The notes below the pieces were generated by a model that worked only from the letters and a program-made list of their open reading frames with translations, was not told the origin of the DNA and searched no databases. 64,000 bases of DNA from Octopus vulgaris (Eukaryota), in the NCBI GenBank assembly GCA_951406725.2, contig OX597829.1, forward strand, positions 16,554,001 to 16,618,000, in the 5' to 3' direction. Every line of letters begins with the position of its first letter. The first letter of the stretch is position 1. Below are positions 23,811 through 37,564 of this stretch, in pieces. The translations under genes and the position numbers were made by a program.

Positions 23811-25109
23811 TACTCTTTCTGTCTCACCTTCTCTCTATATATATACACACATAAGCGTAGGCACAAACACAATGATACATATATTACACAGGCATATAAA
23901 TATTTTACACACGCACCTTATACACTCATCACATCTTATGCACCCATCGCACCCAAAACATTGTTTTCACGGTCAACTTGTTTCGTGATTTGGCCACTCA
24001 ACATAATCATTAACAGGATTTTATCCTGATTTCTATTAAGAATAATTAATATAATATTTTCGCTCCTGATTGAAATCGCATTTCCTTCGAGCCTATTTCG
24101 GTTAAAAAACATGCAGCTGAAATGAAAAGTAAAAATTTGACTTTATCTGATGTATTAACACAGATATTTGTATATGGACGTACGCCTTTGTTTCGTATGG
24201 TTGTGTATAAATATCTGTGACTATGTTTCTTTGAATATTGTGCTGAAGATGAGAAATAAGCTATTTTTACTACTTTAATAGCGAAATTGGACCCAACACA
24301 CAATTTACTGTGAAGTAGTATTTTGTATTTTTCATTTGCTCGCTCAGTCCTACTGCGTGGCACCTTGGGCAAGTATCTTTTCGTATCGTCTCGGGGAACG
24401 GGGCGACCAAAGCCTTGTGAGTGTATTTGGGAGACGCAAACTGAAAGAAGCCAGTCATATATTCCCTATTTTAACGTGTCTAAGGAGCCCCCTAATTTGG
24501 GAGGCTTAGAATTTAGGGAAAACTGTTTTGTAAGGGATTATAATACTATCCTTGTAAAAAAAAACTCACATATTTTTAAACCTAATTTTTGACAGAAAAG
24601 GTTCCTTATACACGTTAAAATACGGTATACACACACATACACACATGCATATATAGTATAATAAGGAGAGGAAAATGGAAGGGTAGACGTTACGTTATTC
24701 CAAGTTGGTTCATATATCCAATAAAACTCCACAATTTGTTTCCAAGCCTAATTAATTCAAAACAAAACGAAATATAATCGTTTTGAATTCACAAATTAGG
24801 CTTTTCCTCAGGAATTCATTATTGGAATGAATGGGGTCTACCAACAAAAATATAAAAAAACCTTTACAATAGCCCAGAAAGGAGCAAACAATTAAATTAT
24901 GATAGAAAGAAATTAACCACCGAATGTCAAACCGATCAAAAACAGAAAAAATATATAAATCCTCTTCGGCGTTAATTCAAGTAACAATTCACAATTTATA
25001 AATACAAAACAAAAACAGAAAGAAAAAAAATAGGCAATCAACCTACAGATAAGTTAATGAAACAAATAAACTAATAACTACTAAGAATTATATATATACT
25101 GTATATAGT

Positions 25110-25350
25110 TAGGTGTGTGTTGGTTCTCTTGTGTCTGTGTCTGTTCCCCCACTATCTCCTAACAAACGATGCTGGTGAGTTTAAGTCCCCGTAACTTAGC
25201 GGTTCGGCGAAAAGAGACCGATAGAATAAGTACTAGGCTTACAAAGAATAAGTCCTGGGGTCGATTTGCTCGACTAACCCCCCCCCCCCCCCCAAATTAA
25301 GGCGGTGCTCCAGCATGGCCGCAGTCAAATGACTGAAGCAAATAAAAGAA
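25110..25350 (+). mobile_element. SINE family C, 3' half
   Basis: ...taacttagcggttcggcga...ggcggtgctccagcatggccgcagtcaaatgactgaa. Confidence 0.85.
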
Positions 25351-25372
25351 AAGAATATGTGTGTGTGTGCGC

Positions 25373-25442
<70 letters not shown>

Positions 25443-25832
25443 AGACAGGCAGACATGAAGACAGACAGACAAAGAGCATGCGGAGAAACCCCGTGTTATG
25501 GTTATTTAACGTCACTGAATATCCACTTATGGAAATTGTAGAGAGACACTACTTTCGGGATACAGATGGCTGGCATGAGAGAATGGAAGTACTATTGTCT
25601 AAAGATCAGGAGGAGGATCTTGAGGATGTATATATGTTGATAAGAGAAACATTGGCACCGGAAAAGAGGGATGAACTAGAAGAAATATACGAGGTTAAAT
25701 TTGTGGACTTTGTGGTTTTCGCGGTAAAATAGGAAAAAAAGGACAAGTAAGTGATGTTGACTGATGGGGCAGTTAACATCACTTTCATCTTTCATTTTCA
25801 CCCTTTTTCTCATCTTATCATACTCTCTTTAC

Positions 25833-26034
25833 ACTCTTTTACTTGTTTCAGTCATTTGGCTGTGGCCATGCTGGAGCACCGCCTTTAGTCGAGTAAATCG
25901 ACCCCAGGACTTATTCTTTGTAAGCCTAGTACTTATTCTATCAGTCTCTTTTGCTGAACCGCAAAGTTACGGGGACGTAAACACACCAGCATCGGTTGTG
26001 AAGCAATACTAGGGGGACAAACACAGACACACAA

Positions 26035-26069
<35 letters not shown>

Positions 26070-26229
26070 CATATATACGACGGACTTCTCCCAGTTTCCG
26101 TCTACCAAATCCACTCACAAGGCTTTGGTCGGCCCGAGGCTATTGTAGAAGACACTTGTCCAAGGTGCCACGCAGTGGGAATGAACCCGGAACCATGTGG
26201 TTGGTAAGCAAGCTACTTACCACACAGCC
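25833..26229 (-). mobile_element. SINE family C, near full length
   Basis: Minus head ggctgtgtggtaag...gggttcattccc, CORE-like ccttggacaagtg, internal microsatellite. Confidence 0.88.
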
Positions 26230-26475
26230 CCCTTTTTTTTTTGATGTTTTGTGTCCCCCAATGTGTTGTAGTGTCCCCTCTATGTAAAACCGTATGGTTA
26301 ATAAAAAAAAATACTACTTTCGGGATACAGTCAATAATTTTGCCCACTCGGAAACATAAAGTTTACTTTAAAACATACACTTTCGTCTGATACAAGGGAT
26401 GATCACGGCGCTTGAGCTCAGACCAAAGCATACTAAACAAGTTGATGAGAGAAAGAAAAAGAGTGAGAGAGAGAG

Positions 26476-26511
<36 letters not shown>

Positions 26512-26518
<7 letters not shown>

Positions 26519-26945
26519 CTTTATTCACCGTAAGATTGAGAAAAAGAGGGGACAGTACGAGGACAGACAAAACAAAACATTGGGGTCAGGGTATCGAATG
26601 AGACGAAACGTATGAATAAACAAACAATTAAAATATATACAATTAAATGAGAATGAGTGATTAACAAAAAATGAAGCGGAGGACGCGGTCGACATACACT
26701 GAAGACTTTGCTTTCTCCTTTTCTACATTCCCGATTAAACAGGTTCTTTCACTCGCAACATACTTGCTATAGACTTCCATCTTTTACGAAACACACTTTG
26801 CGACAGGCATTTCTTCTCCAGCCTTATTTTCCGTTTCATGTGGAAAACGAAAAAGTCGATTAGCTCGAGACTGGAGATAAACATGCCTGTTGCAATTCCT
26901 TTCACTCTCGTCTTCCATACTACTTCTTTCGCCACAGCAACTACC
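26512..26945 (-). mobile_element. L1/Tx1 LINE 3' end between (GA)n tracts
   Basis: VVAVAKEVVWKTRVKGIATGMFIS...FHMKRKIRLEKKCLSQSVFRKRWK, then a 3' UTR ending aataaaagaaatac. Confidence 0.8.
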
Positions 26946-26948
26946 GGG

Positions 26949-27033
<85 letters not shown>

Positions 27034-27069
27034 GGGAGGATATGATTCGATTTAATACGATCTTGGTGT

Positions 27070-27613
27070 AGGCTTGCCCTGGATGCGCGCAGAGCAGTGA
27101 AACTGTTCTGCACGCAGTGTCCGAAACTTTCGAAATTGTGGGTTTTATGTTGAACAACTGCTATCACTTTTGGGAAGAGTACAACTGTCATCCGAGTCCT
27201 ATAATAAAGATGTTCCACCGCCTTCTCTGAACAGGGAAGGGAAGGTTTTGCTTTCTCTCTCTCTGTAGTAGTAGCTGTGGCAAAAAGAGGTGGAGTGGAA
27301 GACACGCATGAAAGATTTAGTGACAGGCGTCATCTCCAGGCTCGGTTTAGTAAACTTGCCACTCAGTACGTACGAGAAGAGAGTGAAGAGAGTGACAACA
27401 AGCACATTGAGAGTGAATATGCCTGCTTCGGGGTTCAGTGGAGGAACGTGATTTGTGGGGTCGCACCCGTCCCTCACTCTATCATCATCATCATCATCAT
27501 CATCCGGTTTTTATATATCGTCATAAATTTTTTATCTTGTCATCTCATTCGATCCCGTGACCCCTTTGTCTGCCCCCCTCTCTTTGTACCTTTAATGGTA
27601 AATGAAAAAAAAA
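27070..27613 (+). mobile_element. Second L1/Tx1 3' fragment, opposite orientation
   Basis: ACPGCAQSSETVLHA...VEQLLSLLGRVQLSSES...VAVAKEVEWKTR (frameshifted), A-rich end. Confidence 0.7.
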
Positions 27614-27739
27614 TCAGCTATATCGCATTCCCCTAAATACACGGATTGTAGAGAATGGCATAAAGCAGACGATAATTAATCGGTAAAGTTTATTGGTGTT
27701 GATTGGATTTATCTTCTCCCATCCCCTACATTGATTAAG

Positions 27740-28400
27740 ACATACACACATACACACATACATACATACATACATACATACATACATACATACATACATA
27801 CATACATACATACATACATACATACATACATACATGCATGCATGCATGCATGCATACATACATACATACATACATACATACATACATACATACATACATA
27901 CATACATACATACATACGTACATGCATACATACATACATACATACATACATACATACCTACGTACATGCATACATACATACATACATACATACATACGTT
28001 CATGCATACATACATACATACAAACATACATACATTCATACATACATACATACATACATACATACATACATACATACATACATACATGCATGCATGCATA
28101 CATACATACATACATACATACATACATGCATACATACATACATACATACATACATACGTACATGCATACATGCATACATACATACATGCATACATACATA
28201 CATGTATAAATGCATATATACATACATACACACACATACATACATACATACATACATACATACATACATGCATGCATACATAGGCACACACATACATACA
28301 TACTTACATACATGCATTCATGCATACATGCATATATACCGACATACTTGTATGCATACATACATGCTACTTACATAAGTATATACATACGTATATATAC
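27740..28400. repeat. (TACA)n microsatellite array
   Basis: Directly visible, ~650 bp. Confidence 0.95.
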
Positions 28401-28698
28401 ATATATATATATTACATACACACATGGTTATAAGTGTATGTGTGTATGTGCGTGTGTATAAAATATTTGTATGCTTGTATAATACATGTATCATTGTGTT
28501 TGTGCCTATGCTTATGTGTGTATGGAGAGAGACAGAGAGAAAGTGAGACAGAAAGAGTATCTGCGTGGTGTGCATGTGTGTGTGTAGGTGTGTCTGGGTA
28601 TGATAGTGTATATGTGAGAAAGCGATTAATACACACACACACACGATAGATCGTTAGCCACTACACATTTTTTTCTCTCCTTGTTTTTTTCTGTGTCC

Positions 28699-28734
28699 CT
28701 TTCTGTAGAAGAGCGTACGCTCGAAACGTAAAAG
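28699..28734 (+). ncRNA. Hammerhead-like motif, CUGUNGAA core variant
   Basis: cttt-CTGTAGAA-gagc(gtac)gctc-GAAA-cg-TA-aaag. Confidence 0.55.
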
Positions 28735-28820
28735 ACTTTTTCTATTCTTGAGCGTAATACTAATACATCTGTTCGTTTTGTACACCACCTGTCTTCATCT
28801 TTTGTCTTTTCATAAACTCT

Positions 28821-28867
<47 letters not shown>

Positions 28868-28934
28868 TATACATATAGATATAGATCGTTAGCCACTACA
28901 CACATTTTTTTCTCTCCTTGTTTTTTCTGCGTCC

Positions 28935-28970
28935 CTTTCTGTAGAAGAGCGTAGGCTCGAAACGTAAAAG
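28935..28970 (+). ncRNA. Hammerhead-like motif, CUGUNGAA core variant
   Basis: cttt-CTGTAGAA-gagc(gtag)gctc-GAAA-cg-TA-aaag. Confidence 0.55.
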
Positions 28971-29623
28971 ACGTTTTCTATTCCTGAGCGTTATACTAAT
29001 ACATCTGTTTGTTTTGTACACCTCTCCCCCTCATCTCCTCTCTCCCCTCCCCTCCTCTCTCTTCTCTCCCCCTCTCACTCTCCCCACAACCCCAACTCCC
29101 AGCCGAACCCACAACCCACATGGGCTTTCCCCACTCTCGCCCCCACCTCCCCACAACATCACACCACACTACACCATACGACATTACACATCACATCACA
29201 ACACACCATCCACAGCACACCGCCCACATTACACATCACATCACAACACACCACCTACAGCACACCGCTCACATACCCATCCCCACATCTTTATACCTAC
29301 ACATACATACACATATCATATCACAACACACCACCCACACACCCATCCCCATATCTCCACACCCACACATACATACACACGTCCAGACCACCAGCCCTCT
29401 TTCACACGCACATACTCTCTTATACACACACGCACCTTCGTGTTGGGGTCACGTTCGTTTTGAAGTCACTTGACCCTGTTATCTCCCCTACTATCCTTCT
29501 AGCGTCTAACGTCTGACCTCTGACCTCTGACTTCTGCGTGAAGTCAGAACGCCATGATAGACCGTTAGCTCCTACACGCATTTTTTTCTCTCCTTGTTTC
29601 TCTCTTTGTTTCCTTTCTGTGTA

Positions 29624-29661
29624 TCTTTCTGTCGAAGAGCGTAGGCTCGAAACGTAAAAGA
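29624..29661 (+). ncRNA. Hammerhead-like motif, CUGUNGAA core variant
   Basis: tcttt-CTGTCGAA-gagc(gtag)gctc-GAAA-cg-TA-aaaga. Confidence 0.55.
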
Positions 29662-30790
29662 CTCGTTCTATTTCTATTCCTGAGCCCCATACTAATACAT
29701 TTGTTTGTTTGTACTACACCTGCCTTCGTCTTTTGTTTATTTTCGTAAACCTTCCCGTTATATATAAGGAAAAGATCGATATTTAAATACCGATCTTATC
29801 AGGTGGCCATCATGGGAATAAAAATCGTTCAAAGGTAATGATTATTTAAAACTAGAATTTAGGGTGTCTAAGAGAAACCTAGCACACACTAGCACAGACC
29901 ACTTCCCAGCCCCCACATCATCATCCAAACACCTACACATACGCACACGCACCTTCGTTTTGGGATCACCACTACTTTATTATCTCCCCTTCTTCCTAGC
30001 TCTCCTGTGTGATCCCCACCTCTGTCCGGCATTCGCTACGATAGATCGCTAGCCACTAACCTCTTTATGTATATGAATGTGTGTGTATAAAATATTTGCA
30101 TGCCTGTGTAATATATGTATCATTGTGTTTGTGCTTATGCTTATGTGTGTATGAGAGAGAGAGAAGGAGAGGCAGTGAGAGTATCTGTGTGTGTGTGTGC
30201 GTGTGTGTTTGTGTGTGTGAAATCGATTTTTGAATCATTTGTTTAGTCCAAAGAAACTTCAATCTTTTCATATTGTGTTTATGACGTCACAATATCGTTG
30301 ACGTTTTTCTTCGTGAGATTTGGTTTGAAAACTCTTCAGTCTCTTTCAACCGTTCTCGGTGATTAGAGGCTAGGGAATGTGTGCACCAGGGGGCGTATCC
30401 AGACATCTGAAGACTAGGATGAAGTGACAGTCATCTTCAGCTTGTTTTTGATGTTTCTGAGGTTGTTTTATGCACCTTTGAGTTCTTAAACACCCAATCT
30501 AACATGCTGGTTGGTAGCATAACATAGTGACAAGGTTTCCGGTAGCATTCCTGTACCCGGATGAACTGTTAACCAGGCCATTTCAGGAGAGAAAACCTGG
30601 GGGTTCCAACCAGAAACATATACCTCACTCGCAATACATTCCATAATATATTTTATTATAAATAGTGAGAAAGTAAAGAATGTGACGTTAAATAATAAAG
30701 ATGATGGAAACGAAATACTGCTTCCTCAAGTTATAATCATTCGTGTGTCAAGAAAATATACTTATAAACATGGTTAAGTATTTAAAGAAA

Positions 30791-31159
30791 TCTCTATACA
30801 TATAAACGGCAAAATGTGTGTGTGTGTGTGTATCCTTTATACAAATCCACAATATTTCAGTCAGAGGGCTTTCACTTTCTATGGTCATTGAAAACCGCCC
30901 AAGGGTGGTCGTGCACATCTTTACATTTCCCCAGTCTGTCCGCAAAACCATTAAAAAAACCAATAGCAGTGACTTTTTTGTGAATTTTCTATTCCAAACC
31001 CAATCAAAATGCCCGAAACTTGATAGGCCAATTGAATGCCAGCTAGCTGTATGTGATTGGTCGGCGATTTGGACAGGCCTCGCGTGTATGTGCGCACGCA
31101 CGCAGCTGTATATGCATGCACTAGCACTATGACCCGGTGTTGCTGGGTCATAGTGCTTG
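30791..31159 (+). mobile_element. Non-autonomous Helitron family B
   Basis: A|TC start, terminal hairpin, CTTG|T end (CTAG mutated); reverse complement of 3518-3898. Confidence 0.8.
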
Positions 31160-31435
31160 TTTTTAATAATAAAGCAAGTAGATTCTTCATTAGATGTTCC
31201 ATATTCTGCTTATACTTATCGCTATTGTCGCAACCACAATACTTCATACAGTTGTCCTCAAAATCATTCATATCCTTGTTAATTTTTGTGATTTAAAAAA
31301 GGATCATTCACTGCTGTGTGTGTGTGTGTGTATACACGTTTATGAATTCGTGTTGCAAGATTCCTGATGTGAAACCATGAGTTGAAACAGATATTGTATT
31401 TCGAGGCGGTCATTTTTTTTTGCCAAATAAACACA

Positions 31436-31535
<100 letters not shown>

Positions 31536-31973
31536 CTCTTCACTCGTTTATTACTCTTCTTATTTTAACTCATGTCCATTGGCCGCGACTTCTTTATACA
31601 GTATTTCAACCATCGTGGTACGACTGACTACGAACTGGTATTATCTTTCTTGTGTCTATGAACTTGCTTCTCACTTCAATAGCTATAGACTCTTTCACTT
31701 TCTTCTTATTGCCATCCTTATAACACACGCGTATACATCTATGCTTACACACACAAGCGCACAGCCTGTCTATTATTTCGTATACAAGACGCACACACAG
31801 TCACATGTTATTACATCAACAAATGTTCTCCGAATCTTTCTTACGCGGTTAAGTCTCTTCTACATCTGGCAACTATATGTTCAATTCAGTTTCTCTTCAT
31901 TGTAAGAGCTATATGATCTGGTACGAGAAAGCCATTCTCGCCACCTCATATCAGACGGTCCATTACACATCCA

Positions 31974-32064
31974 CCCATCCATCCATCCATCCATCCATCC
32001 ATCCATCCATCCATCCATCCATCCATCCATCCATCCATCCATCCATCCATCCATCCATCCATCC

Positions 32065-32146
<82 letters not shown>
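31974..32146. repeat. (CCAT)n/(CTAT)n microsatellite
   Basis: Directly visible. Confidence 0.95.
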
Positions 32147-32519
32147 GATTCTGGTTGTGGATAAAGAAGACTGTGGGAACAAATTTAGAAATTTTTGGCA
32201 AAATATGTACCCTTTTGCCATGTAATGACAAAAAGTTAGTGGACAAAAATGTGGATTTTTAATTATTTTCTGAGATTTTACAAAAACAACAAAAATATTA
32301 TTAAAAAAAAACAAAAATATTTTTTAATATCTATCTATCTTATACTAAAACTTAAGGTTTGTGTTTTCTTGCCATTTGATTAAGACGATAAAAATTACAA
32401 ATAAAATAATTATTATATATTTAAGAGATAAGATATTTGCGTTTCTCTGTGGTGGCCTCTCCGTCAACCTCCTCTCTGTGTGTTCGTAAGTGCATGTGTG
32501 TCTGTAACTGTTTCTGTCA

Positions 32520-32833
32520 GACTGCAGCGATGTAGGGGCACCGCCTTAAAAAAAAGATTTAGCCCAATGGTTCGATCCCAGGGTTAATCTTTTTTTCAAA
32601 AGCTTGTTACTTATTCAAAGTAGGATAATCACAGGCGCGCGCGCGCACACACACACACACATACACGCACGACGGGCTTCTTTCAGTTTCCGTCTACCGA
32701 TTCCACTCATAAGCACCCAGTCAGCTCTATACTACATAAGGAGACAATTACTCAAGGGGCCATGGATTGGCGCTGAACCCGGAACCATGTGATTGAGAAG
32801 TAAACTTCTTAACGCACTGCCACGCCTGCGCCT
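32520..32833 (-). mobile_element. SINE family C, diverged and deleted
   Basis: cgacgggcttctttcagtttccgtctacc...gaacccggaaccatgtg...gccacgcctgcgcct. Confidence 0.7.
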
Positions 32834-33183
32834 AGATAGATAGATAGATAGATAGATGGATAGATGGATAGATGGATAAATGTATGTTTATGAGTGTGTG
32901 TGTGCGTATGTGTGTGAGTGTGTCTGTTACTTGCGTGACAGTGTGTGCTCATGTGTGTGTGTGTGTGTGTCTGTGTGTGTAAATATCCGTGTTCGTTTGA
33001 TGTGAGTGCTATGTATTTGCTCTTCCACCTTCCTCTCTTTCTCTCTCTGTCACTTCCGGTTTTATATAGTTTGTTTAAAGGCGATACTTCTCTCTCAAAC
33101 GACTGACGGTTGTTTTTACTTCACTCCCAGAACTTTTTTCCCTTTTTGTTTTGTCTAAATAAACGGCACGCCGTTCTTTTTCC

Positions 33184-33245
<62 letters not shown>

Positions 33246-33342
33246 CTTGGAGTCTTCCTCAATCGTTTACATATGCGTTTTGTTGGTTGTTTCAATGGTC
33301 TATATTTATAGCCGTCCACATTCAACTTGAAACCGTTATTTT

Positions 33343-33667
<325 letters not shown>

Positions 33668-34091
33668 GTATATCCTTTTTATATTTTTATTTTATTTATT
33701 CATTTTGATTTCTGGTTTAAATTTTTCCAGGGGAATATAAATGTTGTCAAAGAAATCACGTTTCTCTACCCTCCCCCTCAACTATTCTGCCTAACCTTAC
33801 TAAACAAAGAACGAAGGATTTTAAAGTTTTAGGGAGAAAAGAGGTTGTTAAAACCCAGTACTTGATTTAATACTGTATTTTTATCGACACCGGAAACATG
33901 AACAGCAAGGTTGACCGTGATGAGATTTGAACTCGGATCGTAAAGAGACATTTAAGATAGATAGTGTAATGTGTTTAATCGACCACCCCTCTAATTCTAA
34001 CACTTGGCACGCCACTCCCTTACGCATTTATAGTTTTCCTTACTAATATAAACACAAAGCCACATATGTAGATGAAGGCTGGGATGTTCTT

Positions 34092-34392
34092 GGATCTTTG
34101 TTGTTGTTTTTTCTTCAATTTCTGCAATTTCAACCAATCAATGACGCCAATTGAGGTAAACAACATTCTGTGCCGTATGAATATGGCCCTCGTTTAAGAA
34201 ACAGATTGGGTTTATTTACATTTCTGAAGAAAAAAAAAGATACCCTTCCCCCCACCCCTAACCCTAACCCTAACTAATCCTAACCCTAAAACAGATTGAA
34301 ATGCAATAGATCGATACTAGGGTCATAATTATGGGTGACAATTTCATATGACACCGCTAGAAAAAAACTGCAGTTCAAACCGAACAGATTCC
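34092..34392. mobile_element. MITE family M, internally deleted, with ccctaa tract
   Basis: Matches 53450-53712; ccctaa units at 34256-34289; left TIR reduced to ggatcttt. Confidence 0.85.
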
Positions 34393-35071
34393 AGTTACAT
34401 ATTTGAACAGAAGCCGCGACTCCTGTAAACCTGTTGTTCTCTAATAGCTAGAACTTGTCAATTGTCAAAATAGATGATCATCTGTACATCTGCAATGTCC
34501 GTCCTGCCAATACAACAATTTGTCATTGTCCGCCAGGTTGAACTACAGTATTCTTTCTTTCTAACCACTAAGCCAGTATATAATGTATCTGGAGGCCGAA
34601 ATTGTCTCCTTCAAATGACTCCTTCTTTGCTGTCATCGTCGTCGTCGTCGTTTTTCATTGTTATTGGTACTATTGGTTAGGCTCATGCCAGCCCCCTTTC
34701 ATTCAACTTATGCTCAGCAGCATGGCTCACCTACATTTTCTTTTAAATTGAGTGAAGTGTAACTAGGGCTATGGTTTTAGATAACGTTGATAATTCTCCG
34801 GATAACCCGACTCAACCACGCGTACATTAAGTTAACGTTTAATTCATAAACTACGCGTCAATCAATTGTTGACTCACGATTCGAGGACAACCAACCGGTA
34901 CACACACACACACACACACACACACACCTTTTAAAGTTGTTTATTCCATCCTAAGCGTTAGGGGTACGCAAATAAACTTCCTATTTCATTATGCCGGCTA
35001 CCATCTAATGATGCTAGTGAGTCAGTTTTTCGGAGTTGCATCAGGGTTAAACTGATATAATGTAGGATAAA

Positions 35072-35090
35072 TATTATTATTATTATTATT

Positions 35091-35175
<85 letters not shown>

Positions 35176-35254
35176 GGAGGAGGAGGAGGAGGAGGAGGAG
35201 GAGGAGGATTATGATGATGATGATGGTGATGGTGATGGTGATGATGATGATGAT
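35072..35254. repeat. Compound (ATT)n(GAT)n(GAG)n microsatellite
   Basis: Directly visible. Confidence 0.95.
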
Positions 35255-35360
35255 AATTCTAGGACGAAATATATAGATACTTAATACATCGCTACGCGCA
35301 TTGTATTAAATATGTATGAAATATTCATAAATTCCATCCTAAAATTACTGTTGTTGTTAC

Positions 35361-35423
<63 letters not shown>

Positions 35424-35424
<1 letters not shown>

Positions 35425-35935
35425 GAGTGAGAGAGCAGTGCATGCCATCAAAGTGACACTGGGGTACAAATATATGAAGCCCAATATACCCATCATGACT
35501 ACCCGTCTGACAAGGGCACACCAGGCACATGCATCACAACCATAAGTGTGCGACATGGTGATCTCATATCAAGATAAACAGCACATGACCTTGCAGGTGG
35601 GGCCCAGTTAGAATTTTCTTCTGGTTGAATAGCCCATCCCACCCAAAAGGTCCCCGAATAAGGGTTGTTTAAAGATGTTGAATGAAAACACCCATATTTC
35701 CAGAGGTGAATTATTCAAACCCCAAAGAATCCCTCTCAACACATGGCTATGATGCTCCCCCACTACTTCTGCTCATGATCAGAGATGCACATATCGTCAG
35801 CCACTAAGGGACATGCTCAACTGGTTAAGGTCAAACAACTGACAAGCAAATCTGTGGTATTGAGCAGAATATTTGCTGTAGCCCATCTTTTATACCAAGA
35901 CAAAACAATGTACATGATAACACTTCCAATCAGTT
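35424..35935 (-). mobile_element. Retroposon family F, slightly 5'-truncated, in (TAA)n
   Basis: Highly similar to the adjacent copy; (att)n on both sides. Confidence 0.88.
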
Positions 35936-35953
35936 ATTATTATTATTATTATT

Positions 35954-36510
35954 GAGTGAGAGAGCAGTTCATGCCATCAAAGTGACACTGGGGTAAAATA
36001 TACGAAGCCCAATATACCCATCATGACTACCCGTCCGATAAAGGTACACCAGGCACATGCATCACAACCATATGTGCGCGACATGGTGATCTCATATCAA
36101 GATAAACAGCACATGACCTTGCAGGTGGGGCCCAGTTAGAATTTTCTTCAGGTTGAGTAGCCCATCCCGCTCAAACGGTCCCTGAATAAGGGTTGTTTAA
36201 GGATGTTGAAAGAACCACCCATGTTTCCAGAGGTGAACTATTCAAACCCCAAAGAATCCCTCTCAACACATGGCTATGATGCTCCCCCACTACTTCTGCT
36301 CGTGATCAGAGATGCACATATCGTCAGCCACTAAGGGACATGCTCAACTGGTTAAGGTCAAACAACTGACAAGCAAATCTGTGGTATTGAGCAGAATATT
36401 TGCTGTAGCCCCTCTTTTATACCAAGACAAAACAATGTACATGATAACACTTCCAATCAGTTAAGATCAGAAGCCATGAGAGCCACTGCCTGGTACTGCA
36501 TCAGGGCATT
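35954..36510 (-). mobile_element. Retroposon family F, longest copy (~557 nt), in (TAA)n
   Basis: Minus 5' aaatgccctgatgcag ... 3' ctctctcactc(aat)n; (att)n on both sides; no long ORF. Confidence 0.88.
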
Positions 36511-36517
36511 TATTATC

Positions 36518-36616
<99 letters not shown>

Positions 36617-36688
36617 CATACTTATACACACACATATATGTATACATACATATATAAATGTGTGTATGTGTATAAATGTGTATATATG

Positions 36689-36723
<35 letters not shown>

Positions 36724-36985
36724 ATATATATATATGTGTGTGTGTGTGTATATATATATATATGTGTGTGTATATATATATATATACATATATATATATG
36801 CATACATACACGCACATATACTGTTGTGTGTGATTGTATGTATATGTGTGTGTAATTGTGCGCGCGCATGTGTGTGTGTGTAAAAAACCAGTCATTACTC
36901 ATTCGAGATTGATGGATTCATATCATTCATGTACCAGGCTTTCGAGTAACTGTTTTAGGCTCCTACGCAGTCACGAACTCACAGA

Positions 36986-37052
<67 letters not shown>

Positions 37053-37195
37053 CCCCCTCTCTCTGTTCTAGATCGAACGGAACATCCAGTTGGGTGTGAC
37101 GGCTGGAAGTAGGTTGTGCCAAATAGACAGGTTGCGTTCTGTCTTGACCACGAAATAAAACGATAACATCAAGAACACCGATTTTCTCCGGTAAT

Positions 37196-37359
37196 CTTTT
37201 TGCTTGTTTCAGTCATTCTGACTGCGGCCATGCTGGGGCACCGCCTTAAAAGGTTTTAGTCGAATAAATCGACTCCAGGACTTAATTTTTTAAAGCCTAT
37301 CGCTCTCTTTCGCCGAACCGGTTGTCAAGCAGTCGTGCGCGACAAACACAGACATAAAG

Positions 37360-37365
<6 letters not shown>
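37196..37365 (-). mobile_element. SINE family C, 3' fragment
   Basis: cttgtttcagtcatt.tgactgcggccatgctggggcaccgcc. Confidence 0.75.
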
Positions 37366-37390
<25 letters not shown>

Positions 37391-37564
37391 GTGAGAGAGA
37401 TAAAGGTTTTTTGGCTAATTTTGAAAGAAAATCGGTACTTGTATTTACTGCCGAAAAAACCGCGCATGCGTGGTGGATTTTGAAAAGTTATAACATATAA
37501 ACACGAGGCATGGTCTTTATCGCCTCGTGCCTATATGTTAGCCTTGGCTTCCTGCTGGAGATGA

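Larger units (their letters stand above)
28645..30060 (+). mobile_element. Cluster of Penelope-type terminal-repeat (pLTR) copies, family G
   Basis: Three copies of gatagatcgttagcc...ctgt.gaagagcgtaggctcgaaacgt, matching 55900-56150 downstream of the GIY-YIG ORF; 29020-29520 resembles 55690-55890. Confidence 0.8.

Noticed and set aside
25500-25732. Acidic ~70-aa open stretch followed by a hairpin at 25751-25781
   Set aside because: No motif recognised; could be a LINE ORF1 piece, but I cannot support any call.
26735-27400. Twin-priming inversion of a single LINE
   Set aside because: The overlapping coding portions of the two opposite fragments are clearly diverged, so they are separate copies.
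27614-28461. Stack of 100-227 aa ORFs (MYVC / HTYI repeats)
   Set aside because: Translations of the (TACA)n microsatellite; the same applies to the (TA)n, (GATA)n and (CA)n ORFs throughout the window.
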